Shown here one piece after another: positions 1 to 10,691 of a DNA stretch of 64,000 nucleotides. A program made the position numbers and the translations under genes. Source of the DNA: Candidatus Latescibacterota bacterium. GTDB lineage: Bacteria; Latescibacterota; UBA2968. Position 1 is the stretch's first letter; every line of letters begins with the position of its first letter. The stretch spans positions 3,520,001-3,584,000 of the forward strand of contig OZ242320.1 of assembly GCA_965208125.1 (NCBI GenBank). Direction: 5' to 3'. The notes beneath the pieces were generated by a model, which was given only the letters and a program-made list of their open reading frames with translations, searched no databases and had not been told where the DNA came from.

Positions 1-2264
1 ATTGGTGTGGCGGTAAGCGTCAATACATCCACCAGGCGCCGCATTTCTTTTAACCTCTCTTTGTGCCGCACCCCAAAGCGGTGTTCTTCGTCTATGACCA
101 GAAGACCGAGGGATTTGAAGTTGACATCTTTTGACAATAACCGATGTGTGCCCACCACAATATCTACGGTGCCTTTCTTCATCGCCTCAAGAGTTCGCAT
201 TTGTTCGGCCCGCGTGCGGAAGCGGCTCAGGACCGCTATATGGATGGGAAATTCGGAAAACCGTTCGCAGAATGTGCGATAATGTTGCTGCGCCAAAATG
301 GTTGTGGGGGCGAGCACTGCTACTTGTTTGCCATCTAAAATTGCCTTAAACGCCCCGCGAATCGCCACTTCTGTTTTGCCATATCCCACATCGCCACAGA
401 TCAATCGGTCCATTGCTGACCGCGCTTCCATATCTTTTCGCACGGCGTCAATCGCTTCTTGTTGATCCCGGGTTTCGCGATAGGGAAACGAGGCTTCCAG
501 TGCGTTCATTTCTGATCCATCAGGTGAAAATGCCGTGCCCGGTTGCGCCTTGCGTTCGGCGTATAATGACACGAGTTCCGCTGCCATTTTGAATATCGCT
601 TTGCGCGTCTTTTCCTTTAGCCTCTCCCAGGCTACTGTGCCCAATTTGCTCAATACGGGTACTACGCCATCTTGTCCGGAATATTTTTGCACCTGATTCA
701 TCTGATCTACCGGTACAAAAACCCGATCTCCATCCCGATATCCAATGGTCAGACAATCGCTGGATATGCGGCCTATTTCAATTCGCTCCACGCCTTCAAA
801 CCGGCCAATTCCGTGATCTACATGTACGACAAAATCGCCTCGCTGAAGAGCGGACACTGTCTTGATGGGCTGTGCATCTTGAAAGCGGCGATACCGTCGT
901 CTGCGATGTACGCGGCTGTAAATTTCGTGATCGTTGATTAAAAAGACTTTGCCGAAACGGTATGTAAATCCGGATTGTAGCGTGCCTACATACAGAGAGA
1001 CCACATCGGCGCTTTCTTCCAGAATTTCTTCCAATCGCGCTTTTTGCCCATCACTTTCACACAGAATGACCACTTCATAAGCGTCCAACCAGTACTTTCG
1101 CAAATCCTCTTTTAATAGCTGTACATGGCCTTCGTAGTGTCGCCCACTCTGTCCGCCCAAATCCACTACTTCCTCAGATGCCCCTCCCAGTGCGCGATTC
1201 AAGACTCTGGGCATGTGTTCCAGTTGCCGAAGTACGGTTTCCGGTTGTCGGAGTACACATTGCACTGGCAAGGGTTCTGTTTCCGCCCGCCGCTTTTTTT
1301 GTCGCTGTGCGATTTGTTCGCACGCGCGCCATGCGTTATCTGCAGCAGTAGCGATGCCATCCGGGTCATCGAGGACGAGCCAGCATCCTTCGGGCACGTA
1401 ATCCAACAGGCCCGTTCGCTCGCCGTATAACACACTCAGGTAATGTTCCTGTCCTTCAAAAATGCCTTCGCGTTCCAGTAAGTTTCGCACCTCGGGCAAT
1501 TCAATGCCCAAATCCCGTTCTGCTATTTCCAGATTTTCCAGATAAATATCTGCCATTGTCAGGGGAAGTACACTTTCCCGACAGGGCAAAATGCGCGTTT
1601 CATCCAATTGTGCGATAGACCGCTGAGTGCCCAAATCAAATGCCCGGATGGATGAGATTTCATCGCCCCAAAACTCCAGTCTGACCGGATTTGTATTGCC
1701 AAATGAACAAATGTCGAGGATGCCGCCGCGCATCCCAAATTGCCCCACACCTTCTACAGTTGTTACCCGTTCATATCCGATTTCCACCAGATGGTCCGCG
1801 AGATCTAAAGGGGAAACTTCCTGTTCCAGGCGAAGCGTTTTTACACTCAAGTCAAAGAGGTCCGGGGGCAAGGTGTGTCCCATCAAGGCTTCGATGGATG
1901 TGACCACAATGCCACTGGCTTCCCGGTGCAACTGGTCCAGTGCCTCCATCCGCAATCCCACCACATCGAGGTGCGGGGAACGCCCGTCAAAATGAGCTAC
2001 ATCCCAACTCGGAAAGTACCCCACGTGTTCTTCGTCCAGCAGCCGCTCCAAATCATTGCGCAATGCCTCGGCGCGGTCCTCATCTGGACATACGACTACT
2101 ATGGGACCAGGTACGGTTTCTTCAATCCACGCGATGGCAAATGCCGATAGCGATCCGGATCCTCCTCGCATGGTTATGACCCGATCTCCCGATTCCAGTT
2201 TTTGTGACAGGTCTTTAAATGGCGGCGAGTTTTTGATTCTGTTGTACAATCTGTCAACGGACAT
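1..2264 (-). CDS. mfd: Transcription-repair coupling factor (3' end runs off the window)
   Basis: Manual translation from ATG at 2264 gives MSVDRLYNRIK..., a UvrB-homology segment (GQFGMRGGILDICSFG, RLEFWGDEISSIRAFD), RLICGDVGYGKTEVA and VDVLTLTATP at the window edge. It is absent from the ORF track because no stop lies inside the window. Confidence 0.95.
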   Translation of the reverse strand, partial: MSVDRLYNRIKNSPPFKDLSQKLESGDRVITMRGGSGSLSAFAIAWIEETVPGPIVVVCPDEDRAEALRNDLERLLDEEHVGYFPSWDVAHFDGRSPHLDVVGLRMEALDQLHREASGIVVTSIEALMGHTLPPDLFDLSVKTLRLEQEVSPLDLADHLVEIGYERVTTVEGVGQFGMRGGILDICSFGNTNPVRLEFWGDEISSIRAFDLGTQRSIAQLDETRILPCRESVLPLTMADIYLENLEIAERDLGIELPEVRNLLEREGIFEGQEHYLSVLYGERTGLLDYVPEGCWLVLDDPDGIATAADNAWRACEQIAQRQKKRRAETEPLPVQCVLRQPETVLRQLEHMPRVLNRALGGASEEVVDLGGQSGRHYEGHVQLLKEDLRKYWLDAYEVVILCESDGQKARLEEILEESADVVSLYVGTLQSGFTYRFGKVFLINDHEIYSRVHRRRRYRRFQDAQPIKTVSALQRGDFVVHVDHGIGRFEGVERIEIGRISSDCLTIGYRDGDRVFVPVDQMNQVQKYSGQDGVVPVLSKLGTVAWERLKEKTRKAIFKMAAELVSLYAERKAQPGTAFSPDGSEMNALEASFPYRETRDQQEAIDAVRKDMEARSAMDRLICGDVGYGKTEVAIRGAFKAILDGKQVAVLAPTTILAQQHYRTFCERFSEFPIHIAVLSRFRTRAEQMRTLEAMKKGTVDIVVGTHRLLSKDVNFKSLGLLVIDEEHRFGVRHKERLKEMRRLVDVLTLTATP

Positions 2265-2296
2265 AAATTTCTAACTTTTCCTCCCAAACAGTACAC

Positions 2297-2337
2297 GCCA
2301 AAAAGCTCGACACATTGTATGCGTCGAGCTTTTTGGC
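2297..2337 (-). terminator. Intrinsic terminator after tRNA-Asp
   Basis: Inverted repeat GCCAAAAAGCTCGAC...GTCGAGCTTTTTGGC directly downstream of the tRNA CCA end. Confidence 0.7.
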
Positions 2338-2341
2338 AAGA

Positions 2342-2419
2342 TGGCGGGGTAGACGGGGCTCGAACCCGCGACCACCGGCGTGACAGGCCGGTACTCTAAC
2401 CAGACTGAGCTACTACCCC
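2342..2419 (-). tRNA. tRNA-Asp (GTC)
   Basis: Reverse complement GGGGTAGTAGCTCAGTCTGGTTAGAGTACCGGCCTGTCACGCCGGTGGTCGCGGGTTCGAGCCCCGTCTACCCCGCCA; cloverleaf, GTC anticodon, encoded CCA. Confidence 0.97.
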
Positions 2420-2464
2420 AGGTTTAATTGTAAAACAATCTTCAAAATTCCCTGAAGGACCGAA

Positions 2465-2493
2465 AATTTAACAAGGTGTCTTTGCAGTGTCAA
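2465..2493 (-). promoter_or_regulatory. Sigma70 promoter of tRNA-Asp
   Basis: TTGACA-17 bp-TAAATT on the minus strand. Confidence 0.7.
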
Positions 2494-2583
2494 GCAAATT
2501 TAGCATATCATATCCCTTGTTTTTGGCATATCATCTCATTATGTTAAGGCGATTTCGCGCCAAAACTTTCAAAGGAGAATTTT

Positions 2584-5500
2584 ATGACTCGACGCGATGC
2601 TGTCTGGATCGTTTGCTTCCTGATCGCAGGGGCGCTCGGTCTTACATGTTATATCCAGTTTTTTGACCGCGCGCTTCCCGTTGCTTCGCTCAATTTTCGC
2701 GTTGATCGAGAACAAGCACATCAGGCTGCCGAAGTGTATCTTAACCGCCTGGGTTATGATCTCAAGGATTACGAAAGTGCTCAGGTCTTCTCGTACTCCA
2801 GCCTGTCTCAGGTTTTTCTCGAACGCACCCTGGGTCTTGAGGAAACCAACCGACTCGTGCGCGAATGGGTCTCGATATGGTATTGGAATATCCGCTGGTT
2901 TAAGCCGCTTCAAAAAGAAGAACTCCGCGTGCGTATTGATCCCGGTGGACGTATCGTAGGGTTTACACACAGCATTCTCGAATCTGACGAAGGTGCGAGT
3001 CTCTCAGAAGAAGATGCCCGCGCCATTGCCGAAACCTTTCTGGCCGATGTGCAGGGCTTTCAACTCGGCGATTACGAGCCTATCGAAGCGTCGAGCATTG
3101 AGCGTCCCAATCGGATGGATCACACTTTTACTTTTCGAAAAAAAGATTTTGTCGTGGGCGATGATGGACACTACCGCTTGAGCGTTACGGTTAAGGGCGA
3201 CAAAGCAGGCTATTTTGCCGAATACCTCAAAGTGCCCGAAACTTTTTCGCGCAATTATCGAGAAATTCGCTCGCGTGCAGGGCTGCTTACCACTATTGCT
3301 TCGGTTTTCGCTTTCGCACTGGGCATTGCAATGGTTGTCGTGCTTGTGCGAAAATATCGCCAGCGCACATTGATATGGCGCGCTGCTCTTGGCGTGGGCA
3401 TTCTCGTGGCTGCTACCAGTTTTCTCGGTGCCGTTAATGGCTATCCGATCACGCGCTTTGGTTACGATACCACGCAGTCCTTTGTTTCCTTTATTCTCAC
3501 CTTTATCTTTTATACCTGTCTATTGAGTGCCGTGCTCAGCGGAATCATGATTACCCTATCTGGCGCAGCCGGGGGGGCTGCTGCCCAGGATGTAGAAGGT
3601 TGGAAAAATCCACTCGCGCGTCTGTCTCTACGCGGCTGGCGATCCTCAAGATTTGCTCGCATCACCCTCATCGGTTATGGGCTTGCATTTGCCCACCTGG
3701 GATATGTGACCATTTTTTACATTTTGGGCAATGATTATCTGGGGGTCTGGTCTCCCGCGGCGATGACACAGTACAGTAATACGTATAGTACTTATTTGCC
3801 GTGGATCTATCCCTTGCTTATCGGTCTCGTCGCCGCAACTTCAGAAGAATTTCTCTTCCGCCTGCTTGCTATTTCCTTGCTCATTCGCTGGCTAAAAAAA
3901 CCCTGGTTGGCCATTCTCATTCCCGCGATTGTGTGGGCCTTTTTGCACGCGAATTATCCGCAGGAGCCTATTTATATTCGCGGTCTCGAACTCACCGTGG
4001 TTGGCGTTATCTTTGGTATTGTGTTTTTGCGCTATGGCGTTTGGGCAACCATTATTTCTCATTATGTGTACAATTGTTTTCTCGGCATTTATCCGATGGT
4101 GCAGTCCGATAGTCTCTACTTCAAGGTCTCGGGCATTCTGGCGGTTGCGATTATCTTTATTCCAGCTATTCCCGCTATTTTTGGTGTGATTACGGGGCGG
4201 TATAAAGAGATTGAGGAGCCCGAAGAGGTTTCGCTCCCTGAAGCGCCAGAGAAGCCAGTATCTGAAACACCGATTTCCGAACCCGAACTACCCCCTGAAC
4301 CCGAAGTCGAGCGCAAAACGCCTGCAGATTATCTCATTCCAAAGAGTGGTCTCGTAGTTTTTGGTATTTTGGGTCTGATCGGTTGGGCTGTGTATTTCAT
4401 ATCCGATCTCCCGGGATTTGCCAAATACGCCCGCGAGTCCATTATTACGCGAGCCGCGGCGATTGAGAAGGCAGAGGATATCCGGCGTCAACTCGGTCTC
4501 GATCTCGAAGGCTATCAACGCACCACGTCGTTTTCCAGCAGTTTTAGATCCGGCCATTTTACACATCTCATCCGAAATGTCGATCTGGCGCGTGCGGATA
4601 CGCTCGCTGCCGAACACACGGCATCGTGGCGCTGGCGGGTGCGATGGTTCAAACCACTTGAAAAAGAAGAACTCACTATCAGTATTGATGGCAATGGCGA
4701 TTTTTGCCGCATCTCGCATTATGTTCCCGAAAGTCGAGAGGGCGCAGAACTCAGTACGGAAGAAGCGCAACAGATCGCCGAGTCTTTTCTGTCCGAATAT
4801 TTACGGCGAGATGTGACAGATACCGCGATTTACAAACGCCTTGAAGCCCGCTCGCAAAAACGCGAAAATCGGATGGACCACAGTTTTGTGTGGGAGCGCA
4901 CGGATATTAAAGTTGAAGAGGGAGAATTTCGCATTACTGCCTCTGTACAGGGCGATCAAATCGGTCAGACAAACGCATACTACAAAGCACCCGAAGAGTT
5001 TTTGCGCAAATTGCGAGAACGCACGGCCAAAGGTACGATTGTCTCTACTGTCTCGACGATTGCAGTGATTGTCGCCGCTGTGCTCGCCATTATTTTCTTT
5101 TTGCGCGCTTATCGCGATGGACATGTCAACTGGCGCTTGCCCATTTGGGTTGGCATTTTGGCCAGTGTATGTTATGTGCTCGCCATACTCAATAATCTGA
5201 CTGCGTTCTACGCAGGTTATAATACCAGTGAAGCGATGAGCACCTTTCTCGGAGATAAACTCATTGGCTTCGTCATAGGACTTGTTATTGCTGCGATCAT
5301 GGTTTTTTTACTCAGTGCATTTGGCGATACCATATATCGTCGTGAACGCCCCCATGAGATGCAAATTTCCGATTGGATAGATGTGCTTCGCCTGAAAATA
5401 AATAGCGTGGGACTCTGGTGGCAGGTTGTCTTTCTGGTCGTGTGCTGTTTGGGTATTATGAGAGGTAGCAGCATTTTTTCGTCTTATATCACCCTCACCT

Positions 5501-5985
5501 ATCTCGGTGATTATCTCACCGCAGGCGGTGGCTCGCCACCCGGTATCAATAGTTATCTGCCCGCATTTGGTGAACTCATCAACGAAGTCAACTTTATACT
5601 CCTGGCTCCCTTCGGTGTACTCGGTGTTTTGTTCGTCTTTTGGCGCGTGATAGGCAAGATAAATCTGCTGATTCTCGGCGTAGTGCTCGTACTCATTTTT
5701 CAATCGGTGGTCTCGCCAGCAAAAGACTTTTACCACGCGGGCATTCTTCTCGCCAAAAGCGTTCCCTATTGGCTGATTGTGGCATTCCTCATTTTGAAGT
5801 ATATCCGCTTCAATCTGCTTTTTTATGCTGTGACGTTCTGGTGTTCAATTATTTTTGTTGGCATTCGCTATCTCAAATACGATCCCAGCATTTATCAGGT
5901 CAATGGAATTTTCATGGTTCTCTTTGGTCTCGTTCCTCTCATTCTCGCCGTTCTCGCATGGTACAAAGCGCGATCCTCGGTGTAG
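2584..5985 (+). CDS. Large CPBP (CAAX/Abi) family intramembrane metalloprotease with internal duplication
   Basis: EEFLFR, WAFLH and HYVYN motifs; many TM segments; repeated RWFKPL(Q/E)KEEL domain; RBS AGGAG. Confidence 0.8.
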   Translation: MTRRDAVWIVCFLIAGALGLTCYIQFFDRALPVASLNFRVDREQAHQAAEVYLNRLGYDLKDYESAQVFSYSSLSQVFLERTLGLEETNRLVREWVSIWYWNIRWFKPLQKEELRVRIDPGGRIVGFTHSILESDEGASLSEEDARAIAETFLADVQGFQLGDYEPIEASSIERPNRMDHTFTFRKKDFVVGDDGHYRLSVTVKGDKAGYFAEYLKVPETFSRNYREIRSRAGLLTTIASVFAFALGIAMVVVLVRKYRQRTLIWRAALGVGILVAATSFLGAVNGYPITRFGYDTTQSFVSFILTFIFYTCLLSAVLSGIMITLSGAAGGAAAQDVEGWKNPLARLSLRGWRSSRFARITLIGYGLAFAHLGYVTIFYILGNDYLGVWSPAAMTQYSNTYSTYLPWIYPLLIGLVAATSEEFLFRLLAISLLIRWLKKPWLAILIPAIVWAFLHANYPQEPIYIRGLELTVVGVIFGIVFLRYGVWATIISHYVYNCFLGIYPMVQSDSLYFKVSGILAVAIIFIPAIPAIFGVITGRYKEIEEPEEVSLPEAPEKPVSETPISEPELPPEPEVERKTPADYLIPKSGLVVFGILGLIGWAVYFISDLPGFAKYARESIITRAAAIEKAEDIRRQLGLDLEGYQRTTSFSSSFRSGHFTHLIRNVDLARADTLAAEHTASWRWRVRWFKPLEKEELTISIDGNGDFCRISHYVPESREGAELSTEEAQQIAESFLSEYLRRDVTDTAIYKRLEARSQKRENRMDHSFVWERTDIKVEEGEFRITASVQGDQIGQTNAYYKAPEEFLRKLRERTAKGTIVSTVSTIAVIVAAVLAIIFFLRAYRDGHVNWRLPIWVGILASVCYVLAILNNLTAFYAGYNTSEAMSTFLGDKLIGFVIGLVIAAIMVFLLSAFGDTIYRRERPHEMQISDWIDVLRLKINSVGLWWQVVFLVVCCLGIMRGSSIFSSYITLTYLGDYLTAGGGSPPGINSYLPAFGELINEVNFILLAPFGVLGVLFVFWRVIGKINLLILGVVLVLIFQSVVSPAKDFYHAGILLAKSVPYWLIVAFLILKYIRFNLLFYAVTFWCSIIFVGIRYLKYDPSIYQVNGIFMVLFGLVPLILAVLAWYKARSSV

Positions 5986-5988
5986 GAG

Positions 5989-7221
5989 GTGTCTGTGCCC
6001 CATCTTCATACGGCCTGGCAGACTTCAGTAGAGGAGGAGGCTTACTGGCAGTCGATTCGCAAGCAGTACATGATTGCGCCAGATGAAGTTTATCTCAATA
6101 CTGGCTCTTTTGGTTCGCAGCCCAGGCCCGTGTTTGAGAAGATGCTGGAAATATTGGAGGATGTTGAACGCAATCCTACAAGGCATCGGGCGGAATACAA
6201 CAGCGTTGTAGATAAATCTCGTGCCCGCCTGGCGGCGTTTATCAATGCGCCGGCAGAGGATATTGCTTTTGCCACCAATGTTACTATGGCTATCAACATG
6301 GTTGTGCATGGCCTGGATTGGCGACCGGGCGATGAAATTCTGGCTTCAAATCAGGAATACGGCGCGATTGACAACTGTCTGCATCTGGCTGAACGCCGCT
6401 ATGGTGTGGTGGTCAAGCGTGCCGAAATTCCCATTCCTCCCGAACATCCCGAAGATATTCTGAACGCTTTTGAGGCTGAATTTACAGATCGTACAAGGCT
6501 GATCTTTTGCAGCCATATTACCACTCGTACTGGTTTGATCACTCCGATTAAAGCGCTGACCCGACTGGCGCACGACCGCGGTGCGCTGATTGCAGTAGAT
6601 GGCGCGCATGCCCCGGGGATGATCCCGCTGGATCTGCAGGACCTCGGTTGCGATTTTTACGGCGGCAACTGTCACAAATGGCTCTGTGCACCCAAAGGCA
6701 CGGGTTTGCTTTATGCATCATCTTCAATGCAAGAGCGACTCAATCACGTTGTAGTGAGTTGGGGATACAGCCGGGAAGGCGCGAAGAGGGGGGCAGACGA
6801 CATTCTGCGGATCAATGACCGTCCGTTTATGTGGGGGATTGAGAACTGGGGCACCCGGGATCAGGCGTGTTTTGCGGCTGTAGGGACAGCGGTTGAATTT
6901 CAAGAGGCGGTTGGCAAAGATCGGATTCGGGAACGAGGGCAACAACTGGCGGCGTATCTGCGGGATCGTTTGGCTGCAACTGGCTGGGCAAAACAGCTCA
7001 CGCCTTCCGTGTCAGATCTATCTGGATCGATCTCAGCTTTCCATCTTTTCGGATTCGACGATCTGGATCTTTATGAGCGATACCGGATTACTGTGCCGAT
7101 TGCAAAGAGCGATAGGGTTTACTGGATGCGCGTTTCCACTCATATCTGCAATGGCTTTGACCATGTAGATCGTCTGGTAGATGCTTTACACGAACAGAGA
7201 AAGGAGAGAATTGTTTTATAA
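5989..7221 (+). CDS. PLP-dependent class V aminotransferase (isopenicillin N epimerase / cysteine desulfurase-like)
   Basis: YLNTGSFG, VDGAHAPG and NCHKWLCAPKG (PLP lysine). Confidence 0.85.
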   Translation: MSVPHLHTAWQTSVEEEAYWQSIRKQYMIAPDEVYLNTGSFGSQPRPVFEKMLEILEDVERNPTRHRAEYNSVVDKSRARLAAFINAPAEDIAFATNVTMAINMVVHGLDWRPGDEILASNQEYGAIDNCLHLAERRYGVVVKRAEIPIPPEHPEDILNAFEAEFTDRTRLIFCSHITTRTGLITPIKALTRLAHDRGALIAVDGAHAPGMIPLDLQDLGCDFYGGNCHKWLCAPKGTGLLYASSSMQERLNHVVVSWGYSREGAKRGADDILRINDRPFMWGIENWGTRDQACFAAVGTAVEFQEAVGKDRIRERGQQLAAYLRDRLAATGWAKQLTPSVSDLSGSISAFHLFGFDDLDLYERYRITVPIAKSDRVYWMRVSTHICNGFDHVDRLVDALHEQRKERIVL

Positions 7222-7224
7222 CTT

Positions 7225-9009
7225 TTAAGAATCTACCTCGCTGAATCCTTTGGGCAATTCTTCTCCTTTCACAAGTGCGGCCTTCAATGCGCGTGAGTGC
7301 TGACAATTTCCTCTGTATTGAAATCCACGGCAGGCACATGACACGTCGTTTCCATCTACTTCCAATTCGTAAAAAGCCCCTGGCCGTGACGAACTTTCCG
7401 CGCGATATTTTGCAATTTTGGGTCCACTCAACACCCGTGCCAAAATCTCAATAGCTTCTTGAGATGGTTGTTGGCTTTCGACCCGTTCTCCAGTACCAAA
7501 TGTCTCTGCATGCGCTTCTCGAAAAGCCGCGCTTGCCTCGCGCAACACTTCGCCCACTTGTGCGCTGTCTATATCCTCTGGCAAGGCATCTTGCAATACA
7601 TCCATAATGCGTCGCATTTCACCCATCACGTCGCGATGGAAATCTTCGGGTAGTGCGCTGCCTTCCACCATCTGATCGATCAAATCTGCTTTTGTTTCCA
7701 GCACTGTGCGTACAAATGTATCGACTGTATCGCGTCCAACCATATAAGTCACATTTACCATACCGGTCTGTCCAATGCGATAAGCCCGATCTTCGGCTTG
7801 CCAGTGATTGACGGGTACCCAGTCCAGATCGTTAAAAATGACCTGGCGAGCCGCTGTCAGGTTTAGCCCCACGCCACCCACTGTGATATTTGCCAGCAAC
7901 AATCGCACATCATCGTCTTCCTGAAACCGATCCGCCCTTTCTTGCCGTTGTGCTACCGGCACTTCACCTGTAATGACTACGGCTTGATCTCCGAATTTTG
8001 TTTTTAAAATTTCCAGTGGGCGCAAGAAGCACGAAAATACTATCGCTTTTTCGCCCTGATCTACTACATTTTCTACAAAGGGCAATGTCGTTCGCACTTT
8101 GGATGTCGCCAGGCGAAGCCTTGCCCTTGTCAACTGTCCCAGCGCGCGTCCCCGTTCTTCAGATGAGTGGGATTCTTCTAAAGCCTCTCGCACCCCTCGT
8201 CGAGAATATTTCCGCAGGAGACCCAGAACGGCTGTGCTCATTCGATGCGCGACCCGACTCGATACATCCACATCTAACCATGTCCGTATTTTGGGCGGCA
8301 AATCCAGGACCTGATTCTTGGTCCGCCGCAACATAATTCCGTGTAAGTGCACGGTTAGTTCTTCGATATTACTCGCACCATCCGTTACCCAGCCATATTC
8401 CCCCTTATACGCATCGCAATACCGTTTTGCAAATCCCATAAAACTGCGTCCCAGAGCATGCCGAGCAAGTTGTAGCAATGGAAAGAGATCCCTTGGACGA
8501 CTCGTCAGGGGCGTGCCCGTTAAGATATGCACCACTGTTTCTTCGGGCAATTGCTTTACCAGTTGTATAGAAAATTTGTGTCGCTGACTGCGGTGATTTT
8601 TTAAATAATGCGCCTCGTCAAAGACAACGCCTTTCCATCCCAGTGCGCATAACGCATTGATGTGCTTGCCCAGGATATCGTAGTTGACAATCGCCCAATC
8701 CTCAAACTCCGCTTCAGGGGGATCGTCCGGTCCAATAATCCATGTTTGTACACGAGGTAGAACTACCGCAATTTCTCTCGCCCAATTGCGTTTCACTGTC
8801 GCCGGACAAATCACCAGATACGGTCCCTGAGGTTCGGTTTGTGACATGGCAATTACGGACTGCCGCGTTTTGCCCAGCCCCATGTCATCGGCTAAGATCG
8901 ACCGCCGCCGTCCCATCAAAAACGCGATTCCCTCTACCTGATGTGGATAAAGTCCTTTGGCAATATCTGTTGCGCGATTGAGTGTTGCTGTGTCGAATGT
9001 TTCAGCCAT
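7225..9009 (-). CDS. SNF2-family (SMARCAL1/HARP-like) helicase with C-terminal SWIM zinc finger
   Basis: LADDMGLGKT, DEAH, LTGTP, GLNL, QAEDRAYRIGQ; C-terminal CACRGFQYRGNCQH; start chosen at MAETF. Confidence 0.85.
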   Translation of the reverse strand: MAETFDTATLNRATDIAKGLYPHQVEGIAFLMGRRRSILADDMGLGKTRQSVIAMSQTEPQGPYLVICPATVKRNWAREIAVVLPRVQTWIIGPDDPPEAEFEDWAIVNYDILGKHINALCALGWKGVVFDEAHYLKNHRSQRHKFSIQLVKQLPEETVVHILTGTPLTSRPRDLFPLLQLARHALGRSFMGFAKRYCDAYKGEYGWVTDGASNIEELTVHLHGIMLRRTKNQVLDLPPKIRTWLDVDVSSRVAHRMSTAVLGLLRKYSRRGVREALEESHSSEERGRALGQLTRARLRLATSKVRTTLPFVENVVDQGEKAIVFSCFLRPLEILKTKFGDQAVVITGEVPVAQRQERADRFQEDDDVRLLLANITVGGVGLNLTAARQVIFNDLDWVPVNHWQAEDRAYRIGQTGMVNVTYMVGRDTVDTFVRTVLETKADLIDQMVEGSALPEDFHRDVMGEMRRIMDVLQDALPEDIDSAQVGEVLREASAAFREAHAETFGTGERVESQQPSQEAIEILARVLSGPKIAKYRAESSSRPGAFYELEVDGNDVSCACRGFQYRGNCQHSRALKAALVKGEELPKGFSEVDS

Positions 9010-9035
9010 AGAGATGACCTGTTTGGTGAATTTAG

Positions 9036-10607
<1,572 letters not shown>

Positions 10608-10636
10608 GACGAGGGTTATCTGTTTTAGTACATGAC

Positions 10637-10675
10637 AAAGCGCTGTGCAGAAGTGCTCTGCACAGCGCTTTTTTT
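10637..10675. terminator. Bidirectional terminator between ilvC and the RND gene
   Basis: AAAGCGCTGTGCAG-loop-CTGCACAGCGCTTT plus T-tract between convergent genes. Confidence 0.75.
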
Positions 10676-10691
10676 AAGGTATTGATGCGAT

